Shown here: positions 28,204 through 38,838 of the stretch, piece after piece | How the letters are laid out: the number at the start of each line of letters is the position of its first letter | Position numbering within the stretch: the first letter of the stretch is position 1 | Origin: Thermoplasmatota archaeon | Lineage (GTDB): Archaea > Thermoplasmatota > E2 > JACPAO01 > JAHFTW01 | Direction: 5' to 3' | DNA: 64,000 bases | Assembly (NCBI GenBank): GCA_041601615.1 | Contig: JBFIHX010000007.1 | Span: 32,001-96,000 of the forward strand | The notes under the pieces: generated by a model | Databases searched by the model: none | Seen by the model: only the letters and a program-made list of their open reading frames with translations | Told to the model about the DNA's origin: nothing | Translations under genes and position numbers: made by a program

Positions 28204-29919
28204 CTAGGTTTCCGCTGCGGCGCGAGCGTGTCGTTCGCTGCGTTCGAGGCGTCGGTCGGCTGCGTGCCCGAGGAAGCTTGCCACCACCACGACGGAAACC
28301 AGCAGCACGCCGTTGACCAACCAGGCGACCCAGAGTTGCTTGGTGAAGGCGAGGGCGAGGTAGCCCGTGGAGCCGATGCCGGCAACGGTGAGCGCATAGG
28401 GCAGTTGTGTGCGGACGTGGTCGATGTGGTCGCATTGTCCCGCCATGCTGCTCATGACAGTGGTGTCGCTGATGGGCGAGCAATGGTCTCCGAATACGGC
28501 GCCGCCTAGGGTGCTTGCGAGTACGGGTGCAAACCATGCGGCGCCGCCAGGGGTTGCTGCGGCTACGGTGAGGGTGACGGGGATCATGATGGCGAAGGTG
28601 CCAAAGCTGGTGCCGGTGGCGAATGCGATGACTGCGGAGAGCAGGAATGCCAACAGGGGTAGACTAGAGGCGTCGGTGAGCCAGGAGATGAATCCGTTGC
28701 TGCTGTCTTGGGCGTTTCCAACGGCCTCCGAGAGGTATTCGCCGAGGCCGACGCCGCCAAAGTGGGCTGGTGTTGTGGCGTCGCCGGCGACGAGGTCGGT
28801 TTGGGTGGTTCCCACGGCGTTGCCGATGGCCCACGCGAGGGCGAGCAGGGCGAGGGCGGGCACCATGGCTTTGAATCCGGTGATGACGGTGTCGATGTAT
28901 TCGTCCTGCTTGAGTGTCCCTTGTACGCCGTAGAGGACCATGGCAAACAGGAGTGTGAGGAAGCTTGCGACGGCGAGGCTCAATTCGGCGCTGCTGTTGC
29001 GCAGGGCGGAGGCAAAAGAATCTCCTTCGATGCCCCGTCCGGTGACATACAGAGCGGTGATGGCGGAGGCGAACAGAAACAGCATGGGCCACAGGAGGTT
29101 GCGGGCCTTGGGTTTGGCACCGAGGGCGACTTCCATTTCGCTGACTTCGCGGCTCATGAGGGGTTTGGCGCCGTCGCGCATCAGTTTACCTTCCCGTAGG
29201 GCGCGTTGTTCTGCTTTGCGCATGGGTCCGTATTCCATGGGCAAGAAGGCGATGAGGCCCACGAATACGACCGTGAGGATGGCGTAGAAGTTGTAGGGGA
29301 TGGAGTCCAAAAAGAGGCTGAATGCGTTGAGGCCTGCGGCTTGGACGGCAGCGACTCCGGCGACGATGCCGATGATGACACCGACCCAGGTGCTGATGGG
29401 CATCATGATGACCATGGGGGCGGCGGTGCTGTCGATGATGTATGCGAGTTTTTCGCGGCTGACGCGCAATTTGTCGGTGACGGGCCGGAATACGCTGCCG
29501 GCGGCGATGACGTGGAAGTAGTCGTCGATGGCCAGAAAGGCGGCGCCGAAGAACCACGCCATGCCTTGGCCCATGCGTCGGTCGTGGGCGTACTTCATGG
29601 CGGCTTCTCCAAAGCCTCGAATGGCGCCGCTGCGCTGCATCACGGCGACGAATCCGCCCAAAAACAACGTGAAGGCGATGACGCCAGCGTGGCCGGGGGT
29701 GGCGATGCCGTAGATGATCCATTGGATGGTTTGGAAAACCCCTCCTGCGACGGCGACAAACGGAAGCAGGAACGAGGAGCCATCGAAGGCGGCCCCGGCG
29801 ACCATGACGGCGGCTACAAGGATGCCAATCAGGAGGCTCTGGTAGACTCGGCGCGTCAGCATCGCCGCGATGATGGCGATCGTGGGCGGAAGTAGGGTCC
29901 AGGCTCCAAAGTCAGCCAC
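28204..29919 (-). CDS. Na+/H+ antiporter NhaC-family transporter
   Basis: IDDYF, SREKLAYIIDSTAAP, ATGTSFGT, GAVFGDHCSPISDTT, DHVRTQLPYA. Confidence 0.92.
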   Translation of the reverse strand: MADFGAWTLLPPTIAIIAAMLTRRVYQSLLIGILVAAVMVAGAAFDGSSFLLPFVAVAGGVFQTIQWIIYGIATPGHAGVIAFTLFLGGFVAVMQRSGAIRGFGEAAMKYAHDRRMGQGMAWFFGAAFLAIDDYFHVIAAGSVFRPVTDKLRVSREKLAYIIDSTAAPMVIMMPISTWVGVIIGIVAGVAAVQAAGLNAFSLFLDSIPYNFYAILTVVFVGLIAFLPMEYGPMRKAEQRALREGKLMRDGAKPLMSREVSEMEVALGAKPKARNLLWPMLFLFASAITALYVTGRGIEGDSFASALRNSSAELSLAVASFLTLLFAMVLYGVQGTLKQDEYIDTVITGFKAMVPALALLALAWAIGNAVGTTQTDLVAGDATTPAHFGGVGLGEYLSEAVGNAQDSSNGFISWLTDASSLPLLAFLLSAVIAFATGTSFGTFAIMIPVTLTVAAATPGGAAWFAPVLASTLGGAVFGDHCSPISDTTVMSSMAGQCDHIDHVRTQLPYALTVAGIGSTGYLALAFTKQLWVAWLVNGVLLVSVVVVASFLGHAADRRLERSERHARAAAET

Positions 29920-30019
29920 AAATCAAGCGAGTCGCGGCAAGACTTGATGCTTGCGTTGGAACCATGCAAGCGTGGTGCGGCGCCGAAGCCCTCTTGCCGG
30001 GGCGGCGACTCGCTCGGGC

Positions 30020-31090
30020 GTGGGCATTGATCTGGGCGACGTGGTGGTCAAGCACCAGACAGAGTTGGCGGCTCTTCGTGGCAAGCGCGTGGCGTTTGAT
30101 GCGTGGAACATTCTGTATCAGTTCTTGTCGAACATTCGTCAGCCTGATGGCACGCCCCTGAAGGATCGCCAGGGCCGAGTCACGAGCCACCTTGCGGGCA
30201 CGCTCTACCGGACGGCGAACATCGTGGAGGCAGGCATCAAGCCGGTGTTTGTGTTTGATGGCGAGCCTCATGTGTTGAAGCGTGAGACACTGGCGGCCCG
30301 GTCGGCGCGCCGGGAGCAGGCGAAGGTGGATTTGGAGGAGGCTCAAGCGGCGGGCGACGAGGAGCGGGCGTTCAGCAAGGCGCAGCAGACGAGCAAGATG
30401 ACCTCCGAGATGGCGGACCAGGCGAAGGCGTTGCTGCGCGCACTTGGGGTTCCCGTGGTGGATGCGCCCCATGACGGAGAAGCGCAAGCGTCCTACCTCT
30501 GCGCCCAGGGCAAGGTCGATGCCGTATGCTCTCAGGATTTTGATTGCCTGCTGTTTGGCGCCCCGGTTTTGCTGCGAAATTTGACCATGAGCGGCCGGCG
30601 AAAATTGCCGGGAAAACAGGTGTGGGTCCCGGTGTTGCCGGAGCGAATTGAGCTTGCCGAGAGCTTGGGAGCCGCTGAGCTTTCGCGGGAGCAACTTGTG
30701 GATGCGGCGATGCTTGTAGGTACGGATTTCAATCCCGGCATCAAGGGCATCGGGCCCAAGAAGGCGATTGCGCTCGTGCAGAAGAACGGCGACCTGGACA
30801 CGCTGATTGCCCGCCTCGATTCGGACCCCAGTAGTGCCGACAGCGCCGTGGAGCGGGCCATCATCGAGCAGGCCGACGCTCTTGCCGATCGCGTGGAGAT
30901 CCGCCGCATTTTCCTTGCTCCTGAGACCGCCGAGAACGTGGATTTGACGCCGGGCCGTGCCGACGGGGCCGCAGTGCTTCAGATCATGGTAGAGGAGCAC
31001 GATTTTTCCAAGGAACGCGTTGAGGGCGCTTTGAAGCGGTTTGGTGCAGCGGCGGAGGCGGGCAAGCAGCAGTCGTTGTTTGATTTCTAG
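30020..31090 (+). CDS. fen: Flap endonuclease-1
   Basis: YQFLSNIRQPDGTPL, FVFDG, GEAQA, SQDFD, GIGPKKA; C-terminal PIP box QQSLFDF. Confidence 0.97.
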   Translation: MGIDLGDVVVKHQTELAALRGKRVAFDAWNILYQFLSNIRQPDGTPLKDRQGRVTSHLAGTLYRTANIVEAGIKPVFVFDGEPHVLKRETLAARSARREQAKVDLEEAQAAGDEERAFSKAQQTSKMTSEMADQAKALLRALGVPVVDAPHDGEAQASYLCAQGKVDAVCSQDFDCLLFGAPVLLRNLTMSGRRKLPGKQVWVPVLPERIELAESLGAAELSREQLVDAAMLVGTDFNPGIKGIGPKKAIALVQKNGDLDTLIARLDSDPSSADSAVERAIIEQADALADRVEIRRIFLAPETAENVDLTPGRADGAAVLQIMVEEHDFSKERVEGALKRFGAAAEAGKQQSLFDF

Positions 31091-31143
31091 CGGCCACGGG
31101 ACCACCGACAGTTCTTTCTTTCCTGAATCCCCCGTTCGGCCTC

Positions 31144-32316
31144 GTGCTGCGTGCCGCTGCCGTGCTCGTTCTCGTCGCTTTTTCTGGTTGTACTGCCAAT
31201 CTTGCTCCATCCTTGCCGGACATTGCGGCGCCGGAGCCCGTCGACCGTTATCCGGCCCTGCATGAGTTGTTTGCGGACGATGAGCCGTTCACCTTGCGCG
31301 GACGCGTCACGGACCCCGATGGACGGCCTGTGGCGGGGGCGCTTGTGTGGGTGGAGGCGGAGGATCTTCGTCAACCCGTCAACAATCTGGCAGCATACAG
31401 CGAAGGACGCGCGGCGACGATTCGCAACACTGCGGCAGACGGCACGTTTCGCATTCAAGCGGACGACGGATTGTACTCGATTGCGGTGGAGGCGCCGGGA
31501 TTCAGGGCGTTGCGTAGTGTACCGCTTGCCACGTCCGAACCCTTGGAGTTGCGGCTGAGTCCGCACGACGGTGTGCTGGTGATGGCGCATCGAGGTGCGA
31601 GTTTCTATGCGCCAGAGAACACCATTGCCTCCATTCAGAAGGCGGCGTGGCTCGGCGCAGACTGGGTCGAGGTGGATGTTCGTTTGACCCGCGACGGTCG
31701 CTTGGTGTTGATCCACGACATGAGCCTAGAGCGCACCACCGGCCAGTCCGGCGAGGTCGCCTCCACTTCCTGGTCTCAATTGCGCACGTTGGACGCGGGG
31801 GCGTGGTTCCACTCGTCCTTTGCAAATACGCAGGTGCCAAGCCTTGCCGAAGCGATTCAAGCGGCTCGGGATGAGGGAACGCGGCTTGTTTTGGACATCA
31901 AGGCGCCGGATGCAAGAGAGGCCGCGAGGGTTCGCTCGGCGCTGTTTTTGGAACTTGATGCCCTCGGGGCCAAGAGCGAAGTGGTGGTGGCGGCGTTTCG
32001 CAATGCCACCGTGGACGATTGCGTTCGCTCCGGCCTTGCTTGTGCCAAGATCAGCGCGGGTGCCTCGGATATGGCGGCATTGCTGGACGATGCTTGGGCT
32101 CGGGGTGTTTCCACGGTTATGTTGGACCAGGCCGTGGTGGATGCGAGTGTTGTCGCCACGGCGCACCGCAGGGGGTTGTCCGTACACGCTTGGACCGTGA
32201 ACGATGAACCGTCCTGGCGTCGCCTATTGGCCGCTGGCGTGGATGGAATCCTCACGGATCGCCCGGGGTACTTGTTGGACGTGCTCAACGACCGTCCGGC
32301 TCAGGAAGTGCCGTAG
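31144..32316 (+). CDS. Glycerophosphodiester phosphodiesterase lipoprotein with carboxypeptidase-regulatory-like domain
   Basis: FSGC lipobox; AHRGAS, PENT, EVDVRLTRDG, WTVN, GILTDRP. Confidence 0.9.
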   Translation: MLRAAAVLVLVAFSGCTANLAPSLPDIAAPEPVDRYPALHELFADDEPFTLRGRVTDPDGRPVAGALVWVEAEDLRQPVNNLAAYSEGRAATIRNTAADGTFRIQADDGLYSIAVEAPGFRALRSVPLATSEPLELRLSPHDGVLVMAHRGASFYAPENTIASIQKAAWLGADWVEVDVRLTRDGRLVLIHDMSLERTTGQSGEVASTSWSQLRTLDAGAWFHSSFANTQVPSLAEAIQAARDEGTRLVLDIKAPDAREAARVRSALFLELDALGAKSEVVVAAFRNATVDDCVRSGLACAKISAGASDMAALLDDAWARGVSTVMLDQAVVDASVVATAHRRGLSVHAWTVNDEPSWRRLLAAGVDGILTDRPGYLLDVLNDRPAQEVP

Positions 32317-33764
32317 ACGGGGTGGCTGGTGGCGGGCGCGAAGGCGTACATGCCCATGTACACGTCGGCGGCGTACAGGTGTCCTTCGGGGCCCATTTCT
32401 ACGTCCATGTAGGTGGGTGCGTCGAGCGTCAGGCCGAGGCCGCAGAGATTGCTCTCGATGGTCTGGTGGACGGGGTCTTGGAACAGGGTCTGTTCGCCAT
32501 CGGCGTACACGGCGTAGGCGATTTCGGCGGGGTCGCTGCGCAGGTCGGGGTGGCGGAAGTCCATTTGCCAGAGGCCACCGTGGTAGCTGCTGATGGTGAG
32601 GATGCCGTCGTCGGTGAAGCGCGGGTTGTGCAGGCTGAAGCTGGTGCCAAGCGCCGTGTGGTTGCCGGGGTTGGCCCAGACGCCCGTTTGTTCGAGGAGC
32701 ATCGGTTCCTCGCCGGTGCGGACTTGGTCGAGGCCGGTGCCGTCGAGGATCCACATGGGGCTGACCCAGTCGAGCCAGTCCTCGGAGGTTACGATGACCA
32801 CGATTTCGCCGTCAAAGAAGGCGACGTCGGCGGTGTGGAGGTAGTATTCGACGCCGGTTTGTTCCTTGATTTCTTGGCGGTTGGGGAGGTCCCAGTTGCC
32901 GATTTCGACGGGGTTGCGCACGTCGGTGATGTTGTAGATTTGCAGTCCGCCGCCGCCGTTGGCCGAGAGGGCCCAGACGTCGCCCCAAGGGGTGTCGCGG
33001 ACGTACATGTCGTGGCCGACGTTGATGCTGCTGCCGGTGTCTTCGAGGTGGGCGCCGGTGAGTTCGTCGGCGACGATTTCGAAGATGTGGCCAAAGACGA
33101 AGGCGTAGTCGCGGTCTTGGATGCGGTGGACGGCGATGCTGTGTTCGCCGGGGAGGCCGGGCGCGAGGCCGGTGGGGCTCGTGGAGGAGCGGCCGGCAGC
33201 GGTGATGACGTCGACGATGAGGGGTTGTGCTTTGTTGCTGGTGTCGAAGAGGTAGACGTCGACGGGGACGGGGTTGACTTGGCCAAGGCAGGTGATGGCT
33301 TCGGTGCCCATGACGACGTAGTTGCCGTCGATGGTGGCTTCCATGCTGCGGTCGCCTCCGACGGCGCCGGGGAGGTTGACGCGGCCGGTGAGGGTGGGCA
33401 CGGAGGGGTTGCTGAGGTCCCAGATGGCGAGGCCGCCGTTGATGCTGGCGGTGTTTGCGCCGTAGACGGCGCCAAAGAGGTAGCCGGCTTGCAGGTCCAG
33501 AGCGTGTACGCCGGCGATTTGGGCGGCGTTTTGCATCAAGGGGTCGCGGGCGCCAAATTCGTAGTTCCAGAGGAATTTGTGTTGGCCGGGCGTGGTGTGG
33601 TCGTGGCCGGCGCCTTCGGGCATGGGGTCCTCGGGCAGGACGTAGCGCTTTGCTGGTTCGAGGTCAACGGGGTCTTTGCCGTCGGTTCCGCCGGTGTTGT
33701 CGTCGAGGCAGCCGGAGACGGCGACGAGTGCCGTCATGAGGGCGATCCATAGGGCCTTGTGCAT
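32301..33764 (-). CDS. LVIVD-repeat beta-propeller lipoprotein
   Basis: VSGC lipobox; 'LAIWDLSNPSVP', 'LQIYNITDVRNPVEIG'; EHS, GHD, LHT, LHN. Confidence 0.78.
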   Translation of the reverse strand: MHKALWIALMTALVAVSGCLDDNTGGTDGKDPVDLEPAKRYVLPEDPMPEGAGHDHTTPGQHKFLWNYEFGARDPLMQNAAQIAGVHALDLQAGYLFGAVYGANTASINGGLAIWDLSNPSVPTLTGRVNLPGAVGGDRSMEATIDGNYVVMGTEAITCLGQVNPVPVDVYLFDTSNKAQPLIVDVITAAGRSSTSPTGLAPGLPGEHSIAVHRIQDRDYAFVFGHIFEIVADELTGAHLEDTGSSINVGHDMYVRDTPWGDVWALSANGGGGLQIYNITDVRNPVEIGNWDLPNRQEIKEQTGVEYYLHTADVAFFDGEIVVIVTSEDWLDWVSPMWILDGTGLDQVRTGEEPMLLEQTGVWANPGNHTALGTSFSLHNPRFTDDGILTISSYHGGLWQMDFRHPDLRSDPAEIAYAVYADGEQTLFQDPVHQTIESNLCGLGLTLDAPTYMDVEMGPEGHLYAADVYMGMYAFAPATSHPVYGTS

Positions 33765-33837
33765 GATTGGACTGGACCGGGAGGGCTACATGACGGTTGT
33801 GGCGCTCCGATTTGGATGCAGCGCTGGTGCTGGCGAC

Positions 33838-35574
33838 CTACATGGTGTCGAGCGCGGGCAGGCCGAGTGCCTCGTGGCACCGCCTTAGCGCCATCCGCGC
33901 CGCGTCGACCACCGCGAGCCGGGTTGCGCGTTCGTCGGCGTCTTCGTGATCGAGGACGTGATGGTCGCGGTAGTAGCCGTTGAAGGCGGACGCCAGTTCG
34001 GATGCGTAGGCGCAGAAGTGGTGCGGGGCGGCGCGGTCGGCGGCGTCCTCTGCGACACTGGGCAGGCGGGCGATGAGGGACAAGAGTCTGGCTTCGCCGG
34101 CTTGGATGGCTTCGTCGTGGACGGCGGCTTCAATGTTCTGGGCCTTGGCTTTGGCAAGGAGGCTAACAGCGCGGGCGTGGGCGTACATGAGGTACGGTGC
34201 GGAGTCACCTTCGAAGTCGAGTGCTTCTTCCCAGCGGAATTTGATGGGTTTTTCTGGTTGCACTTTGGCGATGTTGTAGCGAATGGCGGCGATGCCGACG
34301 GCTTCGGCGATGGCGTCTACTTGGGTTTTGGTCATTTCGTCGCCGCGGCGGCTGAGCACGGCTTCGCGGGCCATGGCGACGGCTTCGTCTAGGAGGTCGT
34401 CTACGAAGACGACGCGGTTGGCGCGGGTGCTCATTTTGCCTTCGGGGAGGCTTACGAAGGCGTAGAAGACGACGTGGGGTTTGGTGGCGCCGAGTTCGTC
34501 GAGGGCAACACCCACTTGCAGCGATTGCAGACGGTGGTCTTCTCCGAGTACGTCGATGAGGCGGCCGCCGGGGCCAACGTGGTCGCTCTTCCATTTGTGG
34601 TAGGCGACGTCGCGGGTGGCGTAGACGCTGGTTTGGTCGCGGCGGGTGAAGAAGAACTTGGTGGATTTGTTGCCTTCCAGTTCGGTGCCAAGGTCCAGGT
34701 AGTTGGCGCCGTCGTCTTCTTGCGCGGCGCGGGGGCTTGCCTTGAGGCCTTGGATGACTTGTTCGACGGTGCCGTCGGCTACGTGGTCGGATTCGTCGTC
34801 TACGGAGTCGAAGGTGACGCCGAGGCGGGCTAGGCTTTCGCTCATGCCGGCAAAGCAGGCTTCATAGACGGTGCGCACGCCGGCAAGGAGTTCGGGGTCG
34901 GCGGTTTCGAGGCGGGCCACGAGTGATTTGACTTCGGCGGCGTACTCGGGGTCCTCGGTCATGCGTTCGTTGGCGGCTTGGTAGTAGCGTACGAGTCGGT
35001 GGTCGGCTTTGTCGCGGGCGGCGGGCGGCAGGTCGGCCTCCGCGAAGGTTTTCGAGCCAAGGTACAGGAGGGCGACTTGGCGGCCGAGGTTGTCCATGTA
35101 GTAGTGGGTCTCGATGTCGTAGCCAGCCACTCGGTGCAGGCGAGCAAGGGTGTCGCCGAGGATGGGGTTGCGAGCACGTCCCACGTGTAATGGGCCGTTG
35201 GGGTTGGCGCTGGTGTGCTCCAACAACACTTTGCCCGTTTTGGGGGATGCAGTGATGGCCGCCATGGGGTCCGAGAGGACCACGCGTGCAAGTTTGGCGG
35301 TGTCGAGGAAGAAATTTACGTAGGGGCCGACGGCGCGCACTTCTGCCACCCATTCGGTCCCGGTGGCTTCGACGGCGGCGGCTAGCTCCTGTGCGATGGC
35401 GGGTGGGGCTTTGCGCAAAGCGCGCGCAAAGGGAAAGCAGGGCATTCCAAGTTCACCCATGGTGGGGTCGGGCGGGTTCTCGAGGCTGGGTCGCGCAGTA
35501 TCGGGGGCAAGCTTTGCCACGGCGGCGTCCAGCAGCGATTCGACTTCGGCCCGGAAGGCGCGCAGTGCGTCCAC
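33838..35574 (-). CDS. argS: Arginine--tRNA ligase
   Basis: EHTSANPNGPLHVGRARN, KMSTR, FEGDSAPYLMYAHAR. Confidence 0.97.
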   Translation of the reverse strand: MDALRAFRAEVESLLDAAVAKLAPDTARPSLENPPDPTMGELGMPCFPFARALRKAPPAIAQELAAAVEATGTEWVAEVRAVGPYVNFFLDTAKLARVVLSDPMAAITASPKTGKVLLEHTSANPNGPLHVGRARNPILGDTLARLHRVAGYDIETHYYMDNLGRQVALLYLGSKTFAEADLPPAARDKADHRLVRYYQAANERMTEDPEYAAEVKSLVARLETADPELLAGVRTVYEACFAGMSESLARLGVTFDSVDDESDHVADGTVEQVIQGLKASPRAAQEDDGANYLDLGTELEGNKSTKFFFTRRDQTSVYATRDVAYHKWKSDHVGPGGRLIDVLGEDHRLQSLQVGVALDELGATKPHVVFYAFVSLPEGKMSTRANRVVFVDDLLDEAVAMAREAVLSRRGDEMTKTQVDAIAEAVGIAAIRYNIAKVQPEKPIKFRWEEALDFEGDSAPYLMYAHARAVSLLAKAKAQNIEAAVHDEAIQAGEARLLSLIARLPSVAEDAADRAAPHHFCAYASELASAFNGYYRDHHVLDHEDADERATRLAVVDAARMALRRCHEALGLPALDTM

Positions 35575-35676
35575 GGCGCGGCCACAGGGGCGTTGTTGAA
35601 AGCCCCTGCGACGAAGATTGCCCGTAGAGGCACGGTGTGGAAGCCGCGTGGGAGCCGCGCGGGAGCCGTGGAGGCC

Positions 35677-36558
35677 ATGCGGCGACCTTACGAAGGCCCC
35701 CCGCGCTTGCTCGTTGTGGAGGCGGTCGAGCTCTTCGTGGATGGCACGCGATTGCATGGAGAATTCCATGCGGCAGCCAAGGGCAAAGCGGCGGTCGTGC
35801 TCCTTCATGGCTTCCGTTCTTCGATGCAAGAATTGGGAGACCTTCCCCAGCGCCTTGCCGATGCGGGGATTCATGCCTTGGCGATCGATCATCGGGGCCA
35901 TGGCCAGAGCGATGGGGAGCGGGGCCGGGTCGGATTGGACCGGGCGTTGGCGGACACGGAGGCGGCGTTCGCGTGGTTGCAGCAGCGACTTGGTAAGCGC
36001 GTGCGGATGGGCCTCGTGGGGCACAGCCTTGGTGCCTCGCATGCCATCGGCATCGCGGGGCGAACGAGTCTGGTACGCGCCCTGGTGCTTGCCCACCCGG
36101 TGGATCGGCTCCTGGATGAATTGGGACGCGCCGAGCGGCTCGTGTACCATGCACTGGGTCGCTTGGGCCAGCGTCGTATGCGTCGAGGACGTGCGGCGGG
36201 GTTTGTGAAGCGGCCACCGTTGTACCGGCACCTCATGCGAGATTCGGAGGCCCAACAATGGGCCAGGCAGCATTCGTTGCTCCAGCAATCCGTGAACCTC
36301 GGCAACTACGCCTACGCTGTCACGATGCAAGCGAGCGATTGGGCGCGTCGCGCGGAAGCACCGGCGCTGTGCATTTTTAGCCCGCATGATCAAGTGGTGC
36401 ATCCAATGCACACCCAGGCGGTGTTTGACAACCTTCGCGGCCCGCACGAATCATTGCAGCACGACGGCGGCCATTCTTGTTTCTTGGACCAAGACGCGGA
36501 CCGAGTCATGACGGCGACCGTGGAGTTTCTGCAGCGGCGACTGGCGGGGCGCGCATGA
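35677..36558 (+). CDS. Alpha/beta hydrolase (lysophospholipase-like)
   Basis: LLHG, DHRGHGQS, GHSLG, D and GGH triad residues. Confidence 0.9.
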   Translation: MRRPYEGPPRLLVVEAVELFVDGTRLHGEFHAAAKGKAAVVLLHGFRSSMQELGDLPQRLADAGIHALAIDHRGHGQSDGERGRVGLDRALADTEAAFAWLQQRLGKRVRMGLVGHSLGASHAIGIAGRTSLVRALVLAHPVDRLLDELGRAERLVYHALGRLGQRRMRRGRAAGFVKRPPLYRHLMRDSEAQQWARQHSLLQQSVNLGNYAYAVTMQASDWARRAEAPALCIFSPHDQVVHPMHTQAVFDNLRGPHESLQHDGGHSCFLDQDADRVMTATVEFLQRRLAGRA

Positions 36559-37304
36559 GCCCCGACAAGTCTGCCTCCGGGTTCGCTTTCTTTGATTTTG
36601 ACAACACCATCCTGCATGGCGATGCGGGGCCGTTGTTTGGAAAGCATTTGCTCGCCGAGGAAGCCGAGCGCCTGCGAAAGCGGAGGCGGGGACCTCGGCG
36701 GGCGCTCCGCACGGCGCGGTTTTGGAGTGGAGTGCTGACGTTTGGAGCATGGATGGGTGCCCAGTCGGCGCTGTACAAGGTGCGGGCGGTGCGACGCAGC
36801 ACCATCGTTCGCAGTGCCTACCGAGGCTTGCGCGGCGTTCCCGCTGAGCCATTTTTGGCCGATATGGAGGATTTTGCCAAGCGGCACCTACGACCCCGGC
36901 TGTACCCTGCGATGCTGCAAGAGATGGAGGCCCACCATGAGGCTGGGCGCACCTGCGTCATTGTCACCACCGGTATGGAAGCACTTGTTCAGCACTGCAT
37001 GGAGTGGTTGCCTGCGGGGACACAGTTGATTGGGTGCGAACTGGACGAACTGGACGGTCGACTCACGGGGCGTGTGGTTCGGGGTCCGCTTTATGGCCAA
37101 GATAAGGCCAACATCATTCTCGCTTATTGCCGGGCAACTGGCGTGGACCCGGCGGATTGCTGGGCCTACACGGACCATTACTCGGACCATCAAATGCTGG
37201 AGGCGGTGGGGCAAGCGGTTTGCGTGAATCCCCGTAGTCGGCTCCAAAAACTGGCACATCAACGAGGTTGGCTTGTTCTGGATTGTCCGGACCCTCGGGT
37301 GTAG
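36555..37304 (+). CDS. HAD-IB family hydrolase
   Basis: FFDFDNT, K, AYTDHYSD..ML..VG..VCVNP; ATGA overlap. Confidence 0.88.
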   Translation: MSPDKSASGFAFFDFDNTILHGDAGPLFGKHLLAEEAERLRKRRRGPRRALRTARFWSGVLTFGAWMGAQSALYKVRAVRRSTIVRSAYRGLRGVPAEPFLADMEDFAKRHLRPRLYPAMLQEMEAHHEAGRTCVIVTTGMEALVQHCMEWLPAGTQLIGCELDELDGRLTGRVVRGPLYGQDKANIILAYCRATGVDPADCWAYTDHYSDHQMLEAVGQAVCVNPRSRLQKLAHQRGWLVLDCPDPRV

Positions 37305-37395
37305 GTCGAGTAGGTCCCGAAGAAGACAACAGCTCGGCGTTCGGCCAAAAAAAGGGGGGATGAGGCGGGGAAGATGAGCGGGCGCCTAGGGCGTC

Positions 37396-38040
37396 CTACT
37401 TCTTGTTGGAGAAGTACATCATCGCGAGCAGGATGACGGCCAGGAAGGCGAGGGGCATCATGTAGGAGCTCCAGTCGCTGCTGCCGGCGCCGTGGGCACC
37501 GAAGACCATGCCGAAGAGCATCGGGACGCTGGCCCAGGTGTTGAAGCGGCTGGCCATAACGGCGTTCTTGACGCGGGGGCCGTTCTCGGCGGTCATCTTG
37601 GCTTTGTCAGCGTCGGAAGCGCCGGCGGCGATGGCCTTGTTGTTGCTGAGGATCACTTGTTGGTTGGGCCAGATGATGAACCAGACGTTGAACCACATGA
37701 CGATGCCGAGCAGAACGCCCATCAGGATGAGGTAGCCCGCAGGGCCGTTGTCGAAGAAGTAGCCGCTGTGGCTGCCAAATTGGGTGCCCTTGATGTAAAT
37801 CAGGATCAACCCGAAGAGGAAGGTGAACATGGCGCCCCAGCGGAACCAGAACAGTGTTTTGAGGGTGATGTTTGCCGTCGCCTTTTCGCCCATGGCCACA
37901 TCGAAGGGCTTCTTGAGGGGGAATTTCAGAAGCGGCAGGTTGACGAGATTGAAGAAGTACAGGAGCCCAATCCAGGTGATTCCAGACAGGATGTGCAGAT
38001 ACCTGAACAGCGATTCGTACGCCAGGTCCGTGAAGGCCAT
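37396..38040 (-). CDS. Urate hydroxylase PuuD-like membrane protein (no cytochrome c domain)
   Basis: RYLHILSGITWIGLLYFFN, WFRWGA, NVWFIIWPNQ, SRFNT. Confidence 0.82.
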   Translation of the reverse strand: MAFTDLAYESLFRYLHILSGITWIGLLYFFNLVNLPLLKFPLKKPFDVAMGEKATANITLKTLFWFRWGAMFTFLFGLILIYIKGTQFGSHSGYFFDNGPAGYLILMGVLLGIVMWFNVWFIIWPNQQVILSNNKAIAAGASDADKAKMTAENGPRVKNAVMASRFNTWASVPMLFGMVFGAHGAGSSDWSSYMMPLAFLAVILLAMMYFSNKK

Positions 38041-38153
38041 GGAGGCCGGAGTGGAGTCGGATATATCAATCTAAAGAACGTGTTGCCGCGACTTCCTGTG
38101 CATCCGGTGCAACCCATGCAACGACAAGCCGCCCGATTACGACACGCTCTAAT

Positions 38154-38783
38154 TCACAACGTGGCGGCCCGGCCAGAAATCATTGCTTCGACCCATGGAA
38201 GCCGGTCGTTGCCCCAAAACGATTCGCGCCGACCCACATCATCCTCCAGCACGAAAAACGGCACACCCGGGGCACCCGCGGCATAAGCTTCCTGGGTATT
38301 GGCAATCATCAGACGCTTGAGGCCCTCCCCCAAGCAAAGGCTGGCCCCGCCCTTCAAGCCAATGGTGTTGCATAGATCGTCAAGGACCGCCTCGTCGCTG
38401 ATATCCCGGCCATTCTCGAAGTACGCCAAGAACACCGCTTCCATCCACCGATCCTCCATTCCGGGTGCGTCATGGTCAGCGGCCAGATGCAATCGGCCAG
38501 CCTTGATGCTGTTGACCGGCATTGCACCTGGCGTCCCGGCGGCCGGAGGAGCAAAAGGCACACCGTATGCGGCGGCCCAGCGACGCACGTCCGAAAGCAA
38601 ATATCGACCCTGGTTGGGCAATGTCACGTTGGGTTGGCTGCCATCCTGCTTGAAAATGTGCCCCGCCGAGACCGGCTTCCAAAGAATCTCGCAGCCCTCG
38701 TAGCGGCCAGGGTGTGCACGAATCCGTTGCCAAGCCAAGTATGCGTAAGGGCTGCCATAGTCGAAGTAGGCGTGCAGGCGCAT
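38154..38783 (-). CDS. DsbA-family / HCCA isomerase (GST kappa-like)
   Basis: YFDYGSPYAYL, DVRRWA, GAPGVPFF, FWGNDRL. Confidence 0.88.
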   Translation of the reverse strand: MRLHAYFDYGSPYAYLAWQRIRAHPGRYEGCEILWKPVSAGHIFKQDGSQPNVTLPNQGRYLLSDVRRWAAAYGVPFAPPAAGTPGAMPVNSIKAGRLHLAADHDAPGMEDRWMEAVFLAYFENGRDISDEAVLDDLCNTIGLKGGASLCLGEGLKRLMIANTQEAYAAGAPGVPFFVLEDDVGRRESFWGNDRLPWVEAMISGRAATL

Positions 38784-38838
38784 GGGCGCGGGCAGTAGCA
38801 ATCCGTCTATGGATATGCCGTTCGAGGCGGCACCACCC

